From Botryllus schlosseri (taxonomy: Eukaryota), in assembly GCA_051294905.1 (NCBI GenBank), contig CM119371.1:3908001-3972000 (forward strand): a stretch of 64,000 bases of DNA, written 5' to 3'. Positions 50,317 through 64,000 of the stretch are shown piece by piece; within the stretch, counting starts at the first letter, position 1; each line of letters starts with the position of its first letter. The position numbers and the translations under genes are program-made. Under the pieces are notes generated by a model, which was not told the DNA's origin, searched no databases, and saw only the letters and a program-made list of their open reading frames with translations.

Positions 50317-51982
50317 TTAAACATACCGAGATTAATTCTAGAAACGCATCATCATAAAGGTCACTGGTACCACGATGCCTGGCTGCGCAATATTCAGGGT
50401 TCGTTTCAAGACTGTTAGCAGGTGTGAATTACAATGATACGGCCACTGTGGAACATTTTCCTATTTGCTTTCGTTGCTTGTTTCACAAGAGAAAGTGCCA
50501 GCTTACTAAATGAGCGTGAGCAACAACGGCTTGCAAAAGAACAAGAAGTAGCATCCTAATGAGCGATGGCAATCAATCATCAAGTAATCTAATTATGTGT
50601 GGGCTAGTAGTACGCTACAATAGTATACGCTGATATTCCATGAAAATTATTGAAACGAAGGATAATAGAGTGCATTAGTAACGAGTAATTACAACATCCC
50701 CTGTGTTTCAATGCAATGGTTATGTCGTTGAATTGCGTCTAACTAAATAGTCATTAATCTCGAGACACCTATATGGCTGCGTATTTTACCTAGATATTGG
50801 TGAATCAGGTTGCACGAAATGCCCTTACTCAGGTTTATAGCAAATGCATTACATTTTGCTTCCATTGTTATGCGATGGTCAAAATGCTAATCCTCCATTG
50901 TTATTGTTTCAATCCGACTATACCTGCCATGCGAACAAATATATTTCGCGGATTTAATATAATGAGCTCCGCGGTGTTAGTTGTGGCTTAATCATTCGTA
51001 TATTACCAGTGTTACTCGGCATTTTCGACCTCGCGGTACCAGCTTATAGGATGTTATAGTTCGCGGCGGCACTGTACAGCACTCCGGATTCATGGAGTAG
51101 CCAGTAGAGTAGTGGTACGTCGCACCGACGAAACAAAAATGGGTCGAAGTCGACCCCATAACCCCTTCCTCAGTGTGGGAGGTTTACCGAGGCTCCACAT
51201 TGCAACCCGGCCCGAATATGCGGTGTCTTACGAAAAGTCTGGGGGGAAAGGTGGACCGTAGGCGACTGTAAGTTGGTATCTCAGGAATACTTATAAGCAA
51301 TATTGGCCTGGTGTAAAATGACCTTAGATGTCGACGATTTGGCATATTTGGAAGATCTGAAGTTTAAACTACTACGATCAGCGCCTATTATAGCGCAGTT
51401 GCAATTCATTTATTACACAGCAGTATAGCATTTTAATGCGTTCTCTGAATTACTATGTAACGGACCATCGATTATCCGCTTAAATTCGACGCTGTTTGTC
51501 CGATTAACTCAGCCAGAAGTGAGCTGAATTAAACAAGGTGAGTTAAATCCGAGTGACCATATGGTACGGAAGACCTTGTCATGGAAGCCAGAAGTAAGCC
51601 GAAATACCCAGGGCTAGTTATATCCATTTTGTTTGAGTGACTGTAAGGTAAGGAAGACCTTGTCATGGAAGTCAATACTGTTATAGACTTACGATACTAA
51701 CAATGATATGAAATCAACACTACAATGGTTGCAACTTGCAATGATACCGGAAACGGTTTCTAAATCGCCATTTGACGTGACTATAGTACCTAATCTGATT
51801 GCCTAGTTAATAATGCTTATTTCGTGGAATTGCGACGTAATATAATCTCAGGAAGGAAAGGGTGCAGCTTTGCCTCCATATTGGTGTTCTCTTTCGCTGT
51901 TATCAAAGCAGAATGTGCAATATGCATTGTACATTGTGCACTGTGCAGTCATACTTCAGTGATATGCAGTTTCACTGTAGGG

Positions 51983-53127
51983 CAGTGGTTCCCAACCTGT
52001 GGTACGCGTACCACTAGTGGTACGCGAAGGTCTTCCAGGTGGTACGCGAGTGGATTCTGTGTTTTTCGACCGAAGGGAGGTATTAGTTCGGGTGGGGTTG
52101 ACTTCAAGTTTTTTTGAAGCCGTCGTCGTCGTGGATAGAGAGACTCCCACCATCAATGACGACCTACGGCAGGGGTGGCCAACCTGCGTCCTCATGCTGC
52201 CGTAGAAGGTAATTCAATTAGTATGTGTTGGCGGCCGTCGATATGCAATTTGCATTTACGAATTGACTCCCGATTTCTTGATAGATTTTAATTAAGGAAG
52301 ATGATGCGCCTTATATAGAAATACCAACTCGAAATCGTGTATACCTATAACTATACAGACAATCCTGATTGGAGGTCGAGAAATAGCAGCATGCATCAAA
52401 GTGACTAATAACAATTGGCCCACCCGAAGATGCATCATCATTTATAACTTGCCCTCAATTTCCGAAAACACCACTCTATCAATTCTACCGGTGAATATAT
52501 GACCACATCCATGGGCTGGGAAAGGATAAATGTTTGATAGTAATATGTAAAACTTGTAATAGTATTCACGAAATTCATTGGAAAATCTTTTTAAAAAAAT
52601 CGCGCTTCGCGCGGCAATGCCTGCAGTCCCATGACATCACCAGTGATCACTCGCGATTTCGTTGCGTATACCAAGCCTATATGATTAAATCGATTATTTC
52701 GGATTTCACCAGAAATGGACGTAGACACTCTAACGTGGGCATTTGGCGTCCATATAAAGGTAATTACGACTATATGCCCTGGAATGCGGCCGTCGCCTAA
52801 ATGAGTAGTTGAAATGCGGCCGTGAATGGCAAAAAGGTTGGCCACCCCTGGCCTACAAGGAAGAGATCTAGTCGTAAAGCATTGGGATTCTCACCTAACC
52901 ATATTACGTTAATATATTTGACCACAATAATTCCAAATGTATACATACAGAAATCATATACTGCACCTTAAAATGGGCCGTTTATTTTCTGTTTCGCTGC
53001 TTTCGGCAGCTCAACACGGTGGAGACATTTTGACCGCCTTCGGCGCTCGTAACCTATGTAGGTGGTACGCGAGCACTGCATAAAACCTCGAAATGGTACG
53101 CGGGTGGAAAAAGGTTGGGAACCACTG
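51983..53127. mobile_element. hAT MITE with GTGGTACGCG repeats, containing a nested hAT MITE (52170-52850)
   Basis: TIRs CAGTGGTTCCCAACC / GGTTGGGAACCACTG, TSD CTGTAGGG. Inner TIRs CAGGGGTGGCCAACC / GGTTGGCCACCCCTG. Confidence 0.85.
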
Positions 53128-53978
53128 CTGTAGGGTTATATAGCCTACGTCATCAACTATGAGCAGTGGAACGTGCGAAAGCTCTCTCGTTATACGCGAG
53201 CAGTTGGTCAGAGTACGAGTTATGTCTATATATATTTTTATATATGTTCTACGATCATATAGTCAACTTTATAAGCGAGATTATGAAGTCGGTATTTATT
53301 TATGGGATGACTACCCTTATTTTTGATAGGATAAATTAAGACGGCGTATGAATGTACTTATAGAGACAGACTATGAAAACGGCAAATAATGGGAAGTTAT
53401 GATGTTAAAACTTGCTAAATGCGACACAATTGTCGCTGATATTCACATAGTTTAAAGGTCATCTTAAGACATAGGTTGCTCTAGGAGACAGGTGTGGCTT
53501 GGAATATGTTGTCAATACCTTGAACGAGTGAAAAGTGTTACTATAGTCACGCGATTTCTCTGTAATATCGTAATATTCAGGCTTTTATTGATAAAGGCTA
53601 GTCCATGCTGCTCAAAGTTGACAGTTGCAAATAAGTAGGAGCATTAATTTAAGCCGTTACTCTGTGCTGGAAATACATTAAACAGAATTACGTTCCAAAA
53701 GTTATATCGCGTTGATCAATGATCGGGATTACTGATTCAGTTATCAAGTCAAGGTGTGAGACATCGACCAATATTTCCCAGATGAAAGACTTTCCTAGGG
53801 GCTGCGATTTAAGACCCTGTAAATAAGATGGCCAGAATTTTATCCCTGTGCAATGACACCGTTACCTCAGCTCCCCCGCTCATTTATCATTTCTGAGTTC
53901 TTAAAAAATTCCTTGTCAAGAGCATCATAAGTAGTTACTGCAGTGAAATGATGTTTTCAATACTTCGGTACTAGGAAC

Positions 53979-54488
53979 CATGGTTGTAATGACTCGAGTC
54001 AGACTCATTTCACGATTTTCTGATGACTCGACTAGGACTCGAGTCATTGTGCATGACTCGAACCAAGTCATATGACTCGAGACTCAGACGGCGAACACCG
54101 ACATTTCATTGTAATTTTGAAGATTAGTAGAGTAACCACAGTATTGGGATTTCGCCCATTGGTACTGGTACTTGAAAATGCGACCAGAAACTGCTAAAAA
54201 TGAGAACAATCAGTATATTATGAATGCGAATCATTCGATATCACCAAACAGAGTTATAAAAAATATTTTTACAAGACTTTAACTGGAAATTGAGCAGTCA
54301 ACACGGTGACTTGAAGTCGTACTTGAGTCACAGTAGAACGACTTGGACTCGACCCTCTGTTCGCTGACTTGGACTAGGACTTGACGCGGTGGTGCGTGGA
54401 AAATGACACGACTTGACTCGAGTCAAAACTAAAAAAAAGGTGAGATTGACTTGGTGACTCGGAGCCTTGTGACTTGGTTACATCCCTG
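53979..54488. mobile_element. GACTCGAGTC-rich hAT-like MITE
   Basis: Colinear with 27928-28451. Degenerate TSD CTAGGAAC/CTATGAAA. Confidence 0.75.
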
Positions 54489-54890
54489 CTATGAAAAATG
54501 AAGCTACAGCACTGTCTTATTAGTGATACAATGTCAGTCAATTAATACACGAGAAATGCGGGATATGCGAGAATACGTTGCCACGTTAAAAGTGAAGTGA
54601 GGATATGAAAATATCAATCCTGATTGTAATATGGTCACAAAAAACTATGTATTTCGTTTTTTGGAAAAATGTCAATGAAAAACAGTAATTTATGTGACAC
54701 TGGCAGACGAAAACACCGGGAACAATTAGTACATGTTACCCGATGATTCATACCCGACTTAACTGTGATTTTATGTCTTCGAGCCCAATGTGTGATGGAT
54801 GACCAATTTATTGTCTGCAGCTAAGATTGAGATAGAATTCGACCTAGCTGTCTAATCTTCAATTCTGTCACTTCAAAAGCTGACGTCGCA

Positions 54891-56309
54891 ATGGCTTCTC
54901 GTCCAGCTCGGGATTATGCTACATATTTTCCACGTCAAACCGACGCCGATAAAAATGTCTGCGAGATATGTGGCATGGAACTCCGTAGCAAGGATAACTT
55001 GCAGAAGCACGTGAGGATTCACATCGGAGTAAAAGACCATGAGTGCGACATATGCGGGAAATCATTCGTTTTCGAGAGTGACGTGAAACAGCATATGAAA
55101 TATCACACCGGACGTAAAGAGTGCATGTGTGAGATATGTGGGAAAGTATTCCCGGAAAAAAGAAACCTGGGACAACACATGAAAATTCACAGTGCGGGTA
55201 AAAAGTTTGAATGCGATGTATGCGGAAAAGCATTCATTTCTATTACTGCGACTAAAACAGACATGCGAGTTCACCTCCGACTCGAGGATTTCGTGTGCGA
55301 AATATGCGGGAAAGCATTCGCTAGCAGAGGCAAAATGACGAAACACGTGGGAATTCACACCGGAGTTATAACTTTTGTGTGTGAGATATGCGGGAGAGGA
55401 TTCATTTCCGCGTCGGATTATAGAAAACACGCGAAAACTCACATCGGACGTAAAGATTGAGAGTGCCAAATATGCGGAAAAGCTTTCGCTCAGAGGAGAC
55501 ATCTCAGACAACACGTGAAGATTCACACTAGCGTTAAACAGTTCAAGTGCGAAATATGTGGCATGGATTTTACAAAAAAGTGTGGCTTAAAATCGCATTC
55601 GGTAATTCACACAAACGATCAAAGATATCGATGCGATATCTGTGACAGACGATTTCGTTCTAAAGAAGCTCACAATTATCATGTCTTGAATCATTTTGAC
55701 GCAAAACAATACAAGTGCGATGTTTGCGGCATGGAGTTTCGACAAAAGAAGGTATTGGCTGCGCACGTCGCAGTTCATTTGGGTCTGAAGGAAAATGAGC
55801 ATGGCTGCGAGATATGCGGGAAAGTATATAGCATGCGAGTTTGCCTGAGACAGCATTTTAAAAGAACGCATACCAAGATTAAGGAGTGTATATGTGGAAT
55901 CTGCGGAATGGCGTTTTCCATCAGTGTCGATTTAAGACGCCATTCACTGATTCACATCGACCGAAAGCGGCATTCTTGTCATGTTTGCAACAAACAGTTT
56001 CACTGTAAATTTAATTTGGAGAAGCACTATCGAATTCATTACGGCAGTGAAATGTTAAAATGTGATGTATGCGGCAAGGAATTTCGTGATAAAGCCGATT
56101 TGAATTCGCACATGTTAATTCACTTTAATGTAAAAGACCAGAAGTGTGCCATATGCAACAGGGAATTTCGCCGCAAAGACGGTTTAACGTTGCACATGAA
56201 AATTCATTTGGATACCAAAGAATATAAATTTGGTGCATGCGGGAGGGAGTTTCACCATAAATCGAGTTTGAAGCATCATGCGCTGGTTCATTCCAGTGTA
56301 AATGCATGA
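54891..56309 (+). pseudogene. Tandem C2H2 zinc-finger array gene, copy 3 (~16 fingers, in-frame TGA at 55458-55460)
   Basis: ORFs 54891-55460 and 55515-56309 are in the same frame. The TGA aligns with TGG (Trp) in copy 1. Confidence 0.88.
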
Positions 56310-56360
56310 AAGAATTAATACACGGGATCTTCTGCTCGAACTTCAGAACACGTTCTAATT

Positions 56361-58058
56361 CAGGGGTCTCCAACACGCGGCCCGCGGGCCGCATGCGGCC
56401 CGCGAGGTCCTATTTTGCGGCCCGCGACCTGATTTGAAAAAAATTCAGAAAAACGCTTAGTAAATCATGTTGAAACGCTAAAATTGATTTCAGTTGAAAC
56501 ATAATGTTGTTGTTTTTCAAAGTGAGCCATTCTATGTGCCCACTATCACTATTACTCACTAGTTGATGCGACTTCGGCATGGTAATATCATTCCATGGAT
56601 GAAGAATTTGCTGGTACGAATGGGCATATTGCCTTGACGTGCAATGGCCCACCACTGCCAAGACCGAGACGCGTGCAAAACGACTTCGGGCGCTCCAAAA
56701 GACCATGCTTTACGAGTAGATAGTTGTCTAGCAAGTAGGCCTACCGTGTATAGCTAACCCCAATATTGATTCTTCAATCCATGGGTGGCCAATCTGCAGC
56801 AGTAGGAGGAAAATTATGCGGCTGTCGACACTTGTAATAACAACCCTAAGTTTTCGCAGATACCCCCTGCATCAGCTGTATCTGGGAATCTGATCACATT
56901 GGCCGAGAAAGGATAAATATTTTATAGTAATATGTGAAACTATACTAATATTTATTGACGAAATTCACTCATGAACATGAAAAATTTTTCGCGCTTCGCG
57001 CGACTACAGATTGGTTCTCTGTGGCTCTTTACAACATAACTACTAACGATTTGGTGCGCATAGTAAGCCGATATGTGCATATAGATTAGTTCGGAGTGTA
57101 CCAGCAATGGACATGGACATGATAACGTGGGTATTTGGCCCCAGCTAGTTTATCACGACTAACCACTAGGGCTGGGCAAAATCGAGTACCTGAGTGATTC
57201 GATTCTGAATCACGTAATATGCTTCGAGTCGAGTCGAGTAATCGAGTATCACTCATTATGACGTCATACCAGAATGTAATACGTCAAAGTTCAAATAAGT
57301 GCCGTTTATGCCACCACAAAGAATATAATGCCTGTTATCCATCTCATAAATGATACTTTGGTATTTTTTGGGCCATACCGATTTTATTCCACTTAGTGAC
57401 AATGCTATGGGATAATCATGACTTCGGAAATTTGATACGTCCAGTAACCTTCATAGCTTTGTACTATATGTTTCGTATGCTACGATACCGCCAATCGAGG
57501 TTTCAGTGAAAATTAGTATCGAAACTATAATTCTCGTTGATAAATTAACTTTCAGTTGCGAGAAGCGTATAATTTCAGTACTCGAAAAAATCGTATTTTA
57601 CTACTCGACTCGAATCATTAAAATTATTACTCGATTCAGATTCGAGTACTCGAATCATTGTGCCCAGCCCTACTAACCACCTGTATGCGGCCGCAGGCTA
57701 CATGAGTACGCGAAATGCGGCCGTGAATTACAAAAATGTTGGCCACCCCTGTTTTAGCGGCTAAAGAGTGTTGTCATTGTCAGGTATCGTGTACAGCTCA
57801 TAGTCCAAAATATAATGACATTGATGATCATGATACTTTTTGTTGTATTTGTGTTTGTTCAATAAAATATTAGTTCTTTTGTGGTGACTATAACCGTCGC
57901 CTATGTTAGAAAGCACAGCGTTGTAATAACGTGGAGTTATCAGACGTGGTTGTTGAACTGCGTTGCCTACTTTTATATCGATATTGATGTCATGCGGCCC
58001 GCGGCCTCCAGGAATTTTGAAAAGTGGCCCGCGACCTATTTTGAGTTGGCGACCCCTG
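56361..58058. mobile_element. Three-level hAT nest (56361-58058 > ~56780-57751 > 57167-57672)
   Basis: Outer TIRs CAGGGGTCTCCAAC / GTTGGCGACCCCTG, TSD TTCTAATT. Innermost TIRs TAGGGCTGGGCA / TGCCCAGCCCTA, TSD CTAACCAC. Confidence 0.82.
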
Positions 58059-59589
58059 TTCTAATTGAATAGCCTTGCAAATGAATGAGTTCCCCGCTAG
58101 GGTCGGACAAGTGTGTAAAGAAAGACTGCAAGTATAGTCATAGTCCATGCACTGAGTAGACATATGCTATTTGATATACTCCCCGGATTTCGTTTCTGAC
58201 TACCGTTTATTAGTAGTTATAGAAAGTGTGCTTGTCATCAGTATAGTGCTCGTGAGAAAATTTGTACATATCAATATTAGTTGCTGACTCATACACAATG
58301 GCTACAATAGTATTGGTTTTATCTACATTGTAATTATAACGGGTGGGGTATATATCATGTTTGAATGATTTAGGCACATTCGAGTATCCATAGCTTGTCT
58401 ATGTTATAATACCCTACAGCATATAAAAAAGGGAGGATATTTCTATAACGCAGAGCGAATGTTTGTAGCTGTTATACTCGTGTAATCTGACTCCAAAAGG
58501 CTACGTTTACAATTCGCTGCGTGTTCCCTTGCGCTCGACGGACCGGTGTAACCACGCCGTACTGCCTTGTTGGCTGATGTACCGCGAAGCCTGTCTATTG
58601 CACACGTATTCGATGGATCACACTGACGAATATATTTTGTTTCTGTCTCCATGACTTGTAACTTTATTGAATCACGTACGGCAATGCAACGAACTTCCGA
58701 ATCAGCAAATAATGAATGAATGAAAATGACTAATTATCTCTACGTGGTATTACATACGCATACGCATATCTCTCATAGGCACGAGAGAGCACATGCACAA
58801 AAACATCGTACCATTTCATATTTTGTTATCTACGTTCACACGACAAAATATACGACTCACAAAGGTCTTATCCGGTCTCAGTTCAGGGAATTACGGAAGG
58901 TTTACCAACTCCCTAATGAATATTATTAAAATGACGTTATACCAATATATTTCGTTAAAATTTCGAAATGAATACTTCAATGTTAAATACAAATTGAATA
59001 TTTCGAGCTCTATCACAATGAAACAATTTTGCATGCCATCGTGAATGTATATATTTGCATATAGTTAATGATTATTAAAAGTCACCCAACCGCCAATGTG
59101 GCATATAGTTTTCGTAGTAAATTTTTAATACTGTTGGAGTCAGAGTCGGAGTTATGTGAGGAAAATAGTCGGAGCCGGATTCGGATTCGGTGCATTTGAA
59201 GACTTGGGAGTCGGAGTCCGAGTTGCAGTCGGTATTTGGAAAATGTCTAGTGTCTGAGTTGGAGTTGGTGTAAAATACACCGACTCGACAGCCCAGGCTC
59301 GCGAGACATATTTGGCTGTTTTAGGAATAAGATATGGTTCTTTGACAAATTTTTAATTTTATTTTTAGTAAATTTTCACAACGACAAAACAATTGTTCTC
59401 CTGGCAGCATAAACATGTACTTGAGAGGTCAATAAAGTAGCCTAAGCAAGGTTAAGAATACGGACGCCCTTTTCAAAATCCTGCTGTCGCGCCAACGACC
59501 GATATCACTTTTGAATTCGAAGCACCCGAGATCGCGAGCCTCGATATTGTGGATTGTACGAAACATTGACTGTTCAAATACAATACCGT

Positions 59590-60893
59590 ACATATGGAAT
59601 TGAGGCATTTCATTTTGGTCACCGACGATATCTAGATAAAGTCGAGCGTCTACAAAACAACGCACTGCGGCTTTGTTGCGGAGGGATGAGGAGCACCCCA
59701 ATTATTTCTATACTGTCTGCGTGTGGGGAAATGCCACTGGACCTACGACACAGGTATTTATGTATGAAATTCAGATCCAAGGTGAATGCTGATTTGCAGC
59801 ACCCGTGGCGAGATCAGCTTCTCCAGTTATCGTGGGAGGAACAATGGCCGAAAAGAAAGCAATTCGTTTGCTTCAATCAAATTACATATCGACCGAATTG
59901 CGACGAAAATGGAGATGGTCTGTTGTAGTTGAGTAAAATAACCCATCCACCGTGGACGTTGCGTCGAGCACGTATTGATTTAACATTGACGAGTCTGCAG
60001 TTTAAAGAATGTTCCTCTTTGTTACCGCTAATCAATGAACATATCTGTAGACGATTCCCGGGATACTTGCAGATTTTCAATGACGGATCAAAAACTACGA
60101 CGGGCGCTGCGGCGGCGTTTTATGTATCAACGGTGCAACCACTATCATAAAGGAATCGAGTTCCTTCACTGCAGAATTGGTGGGAATAAGCTTAGCTCTA
60201 CAATGGGCTGTGGAAAACAGCAATACGAATATACTGATACTCGTGGACTGCTTGAGCGCAATTCAAGCGATTGACAATGTGTATGGGCGATCCCATCACC
60301 TCGTCGCACCAATTTTACAGACGATCCATCGGATATCGGAGGCAGGATACGAGATCGCTATTGTTTGGATACCTGCTCATTATCGAATTCTCGGGAATGA
60401 AAAGGCAGATGAATTGGCCAGACGAGCGAGTCAAGCCAGTGTGCAAACGACTGAATTCAAACCTTCCGTACGAGACATCGCTGCTTCGCGTCGGAAGGCG
60501 TGCATCGAGCTATGGAATAACCGCTATTCACAATCGGATAAGTCACAACAATATAAGGAATGTTTTCCAACCGTATACCACAGAGCAGACCTGAATGGAC
60601 TACCGAAAAGGTATCAAGCGATTATGTTCCGACTACAAACCGGACATTGTGGACTAAAAGCACATCTACTCAAATTGGGAATAGCAGATTCAGCCAATTG
60701 CCCAACGTGCCGCCAAGAAGAGAGTTTCGCCCATTATTTATTGACGTGTCGAAATTATAGACACCAGAGAAGAGTTCTCGAGGATACGTGTCGGAGGAAG
60801 AATATCGCTCCCACCGTAACAAACTTTTTGACTGACACGCATATTTTTCCATACGTTGTGGAATTCGTTCTCGCAACGAAGCCATATATTTGA
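59590..60893 (+). pseudogene. 5'-truncated, decayed I/Nimb-like LINE ORF2 (post-RT region, RNase H, CCHC)
   Basis: ALRLCCGGMRSTPI, DGSK, WIPAH..GNEKAD, RLQTGHC and CPTC..H..C, all homologous to ORF2 at 12226-15994. Stop at 59926-59928 and a frameshift near 60150. Confidence 0.88.
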
Positions 60894-61474
60894 GTTTATA
60901 TTTTGTAATGCAATACCAACCCCTAGATGATGAATGACTTTTTGGATATGGCGAACAAAACCACTTGCGTTATAATCGCCAATCAAATAATAATCAACAA
61001 AAAATACACGCCTGCAAGACAATGTAGTTTTCCGTTATCGCTTTTTATTCCTGATCTACGCCATCATCAATTCCCCATATCAGTTTATCTGTTTATGCAA
61101 ACACGACGATCACCAGCAATTATTTTAGGTGGAACTTTTTTCTCTTCTTCGGATCATTATCAATTTTTATACACCACGAAGATTGCGATTCAATGAAAAG
61201 ATAGTAAGGTGTCGAATCGACTTGGAGTAGTCTTTGGGATGAGACAGCCACCTTGGCCTAGGCCAGGGGTCTCAAACACGCGACCCCCGGCCCGAATGCA
61301 GCCCGCAAGAACATTTTGTGCAGCCCGTGGCGGCATTTTTGATTTTCAAGTATTCGACATTATGTTTATAACTTCCACATCTTGTTAGTTTATATTTGAG
61401 AACTTAAAGTTCGCTCTGAAACTACTTCAAAACCTGAAATCTCATGAAATTTCACTATCACAAACAGTTTCAAT

Positions 61475-62476
61475 CAGACTTGGACAACTAGATAATTCTA
61501 GTTGTCTAATTTCACTAAATTAGAGCGAAATGCAAGTAATCTAATTCTAATCTAATTTGTGAAATGTTTCGATGCTCTAATTCTAATTCTAATCTAATTT
61601 GTGAAATGTTCTTATGGTGTAATCCGAGTTATAATCTAATTTGTGAAATGTTCTTATGGTGTAATCCGAGTTATAATCTAATTTGTTAAATGCTTCTACC
61701 TCTAATTTTAGTTCTAATATCATTTTTCCCCCTGAAAATGCCTCCTTGTCCGCGACATTTTGCACCGAGTTTACAGGAATATTCGTCTCGCGCAGGGAAA
61801 TCCAGTGTCAAGCCGTCATCGAATTACTTACACCACATAGTCATAGTAGTTATTGTGACGAATATTAACCATGCTGCCGAATGGTATAGTAGCTTGTAGG
61901 CATCGCCAAAACCGCTTCAGCTAGTGAGGAATATTGGTCACAGGCGAATAGCTTATTTTGAAAGAATAAAAGTAAACATTAATTTGAAACTGAAATCAAT
62001 TTCTGCGTTTGAAATGCTTTACTTCGCATTCATCGGAAATCACAAATCAGATCGCCGGCCCCATATGGACCGCGTGTTGGTGACCCCTCGTAGGCCTATT
62101 CAGCAAAACGAGCCAAGCTTGGTCTAAAAATGGTAACCATTATCATGCTTATGGGAATGCACCGTGATTTGCGATGAACTGGAACTTGACTGTTGCTGTA
62201 TTTGTTTCTAATTTACAATTTCATTCCATTTCCAAGTTTTGTCGAATTCAGTAATTCGAAGTCTTATATAATTTGGAAAACACTGTGGAGCTTTACTTCT
62301 AATTCTAATCTAATTTGAAAAAATCTTTGTCCTTCCAATTCTAATTATAATCTAATTTGGAAAATCTGTGTAGCTCTAATTTTAATTCTAATCTAATTTG
62401 GAAAACGCTGCGTAGCTCTACTTCTAATTTTAATCAAATTTGGAAAAGATGATAATTTTCTAGTTGTCAAAGCCTG
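61475..62476. mobile_element. hAT-like element with CTAATTCTAATCTAATTTG subterminal repeats
   Basis: TIRs CAGACTTGGACAACTAGA / TCTAGTTGTCAAAGCCTG. TSD GTTTCAAT/CTTTCAAT. Confidence 0.7.
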
Positions 62477-62533
62477 CTTTCAATAGCTACCATGTGGTGT
62501 AAGATCAGCTATTATGTCACATTTCATGTTCAT

Positions 62534-62741
62534 GATGATAAAACATTACGCGTTGATGATTTCTGACTGAAAATTGTGATTTGGATTTGGGCGCGTTCGT
62601 TCGTAAAATTACCTTGAATTCGGACTGACTGCGGATGATAAAACATTACGCGTTGATGATTTCTGACTGAAAATTGTGATTTGGATTTGGGCGCGTCCGT
62701 TCGTCAAATTACCTTGAATTCGTACTGACTGCGGATGATAA
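62534..62741. repeat. 100-bp tandem duplication
   Basis: GATGATAAA unit starts at 62534, 62634 and 62734. Confidence 0.85.
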
Positions 62742-64000
62742 ATTATGATGACTCGAGTTGAGTCGAGTTGATTGCTGAAATCAGAGAAGGACTTGTGACT
62801 CCCCACGTCGTGACCTTGTACGACTACGGACGCAACAAACTGTCAATCTGGGGAACAGTAAGATATCGGAAGGTCGTATAGCTTGCGTTGCGTAGGGTAT
62901 ATAGCTATCTAATCATTTCTGTATGGAAACCATTGGTATTTTGTTGCCCTCATGATGCATAGTTAGTTACATCCTTAGTGATATTTTGTCTCCCTCTCCA
63001 TGTTATTATCGCCGGTGGCGAGTAAGTAGTACGCTCCCACGATGTAATCCCAATGGATTCATTCCATTCCAGGGGTTCTTAACAAGGGGTTAATGCATGC
63101 CTTCGTGGTACGAATCACTACATCACGGGACTTGAAAATGCGTTTTTGTACATATTTTGTATTTATACGAGCCTTGTCATATCACATTCCATACTTTGAG
63201 CCAGAAATATTAATCTGCTCCAGCAACTTCTAGTTATTAGAAAGTGCTTCATGGATCTCACGACAGCTCAGGTCTAGGTTTACATTTAATTGTTGCTGGG
63301 ATTTCAATTCAATTCAATTTATTTCTAAAAATTTCATTATTTCAATACACCACAAGACTGCGATACAATTAAAGATAGGAAGGTGTCGAAAGGACTTGGG
63401 ATTGTCTCTAAAATCAGACACCCACCTGGCCTAGGCGTTGTAGAATAGGAGGAATGCACACTGATGAAAAGTAAAAGAAGATAATATAAAAAGACAGGTG
63501 ACAAAAAAGGTGACATGTGGTATGTTATACGATCACTCGCTGGTTGACAGATAGATAGGCAACCCTTAAATCCAGTATGTAATGTGCATGCCTCTTATTT
63601 ACATTTACATGATATTTGCCAAGATGGGTGTCTGATTAAAAGACTACTCCTAGTCGTTTCGGCACCCTTCCATTTTTTTATTATATCGAAATCTTGTGGT
63701 GTATTGATTTAATAAAAAAATGAACGAATGATGAACGAGTGATGAATTTTTGATCTTGAATACCGTTCATCTGAGGTTGTGGTTCACAGCAAGAACTGGA
63801 CACAATGATTCGAGTAATAATTCTAATGATTCGATTCGAGTAGTAAAAGACGATTTTTTCGAATACTGAAATTAGACGCTTCTCACCACTGATAGTTAAT
63901 TTATCAACGAGAATTATAGTTCGATAATAATTTTCACGGTTGACGCCTTGAAACCTTGATTGGCGGTATTTTAGCACACGGAATATATAGTACAAAGCTC

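Noticed and set aside
32503..55460. Programmed stop-codon readthrough or an alternative genetic code in the zinc-finger genes
   Set aside because: The stops are at different positions, use different codons, and two are single-base changes from the paralogous sense codon. Ordinary nonsense mutations are the simpler explanation.
61490..62460. CRISPR-like spaced repeats (CTAATTCTAATCTAATTTG)
   Set aside because: Eukaryotic context, irregular spacing and repeated spacers. They are subterminal repeats of a TIR element.

Overview
Eukaryotic (invertebrate-like) repeat-dense genomic DNA with no recognisable conserved host gene. The main object is a 22.6-kb giant foldback element (6511-29121). Its two near-identical inverted arms share ~6.8 kb and meet at a 42-nt loop (20759-20800). 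It has Polinton/Maverick-type termini (AGTAGT...ACTACT) and a 6-bp target duplication (TACGTT/CACGTT), but no recognisable pPolB, integrase or capsid genes. I read it as a candidate non-autonomous 'snap-back' Polinton-like element. It sits inside three nested hAT elements. It has itself received a full-length I/Nimb-type LINE (left arm only) and two different hAT MITEs at the same base of each arm. The rest of the window holds three paralogous C2H2 zinc-finger arrays, each with an in-frame stop, plus many hAT MITEs with 8-bp TSDs, a Harbinger-like MITE, a Kolobok/T2-like MITE, two tRNA-derived SINE families and a decayed LINE 3' end. All alignments were made by eye, so no identity values were computed.
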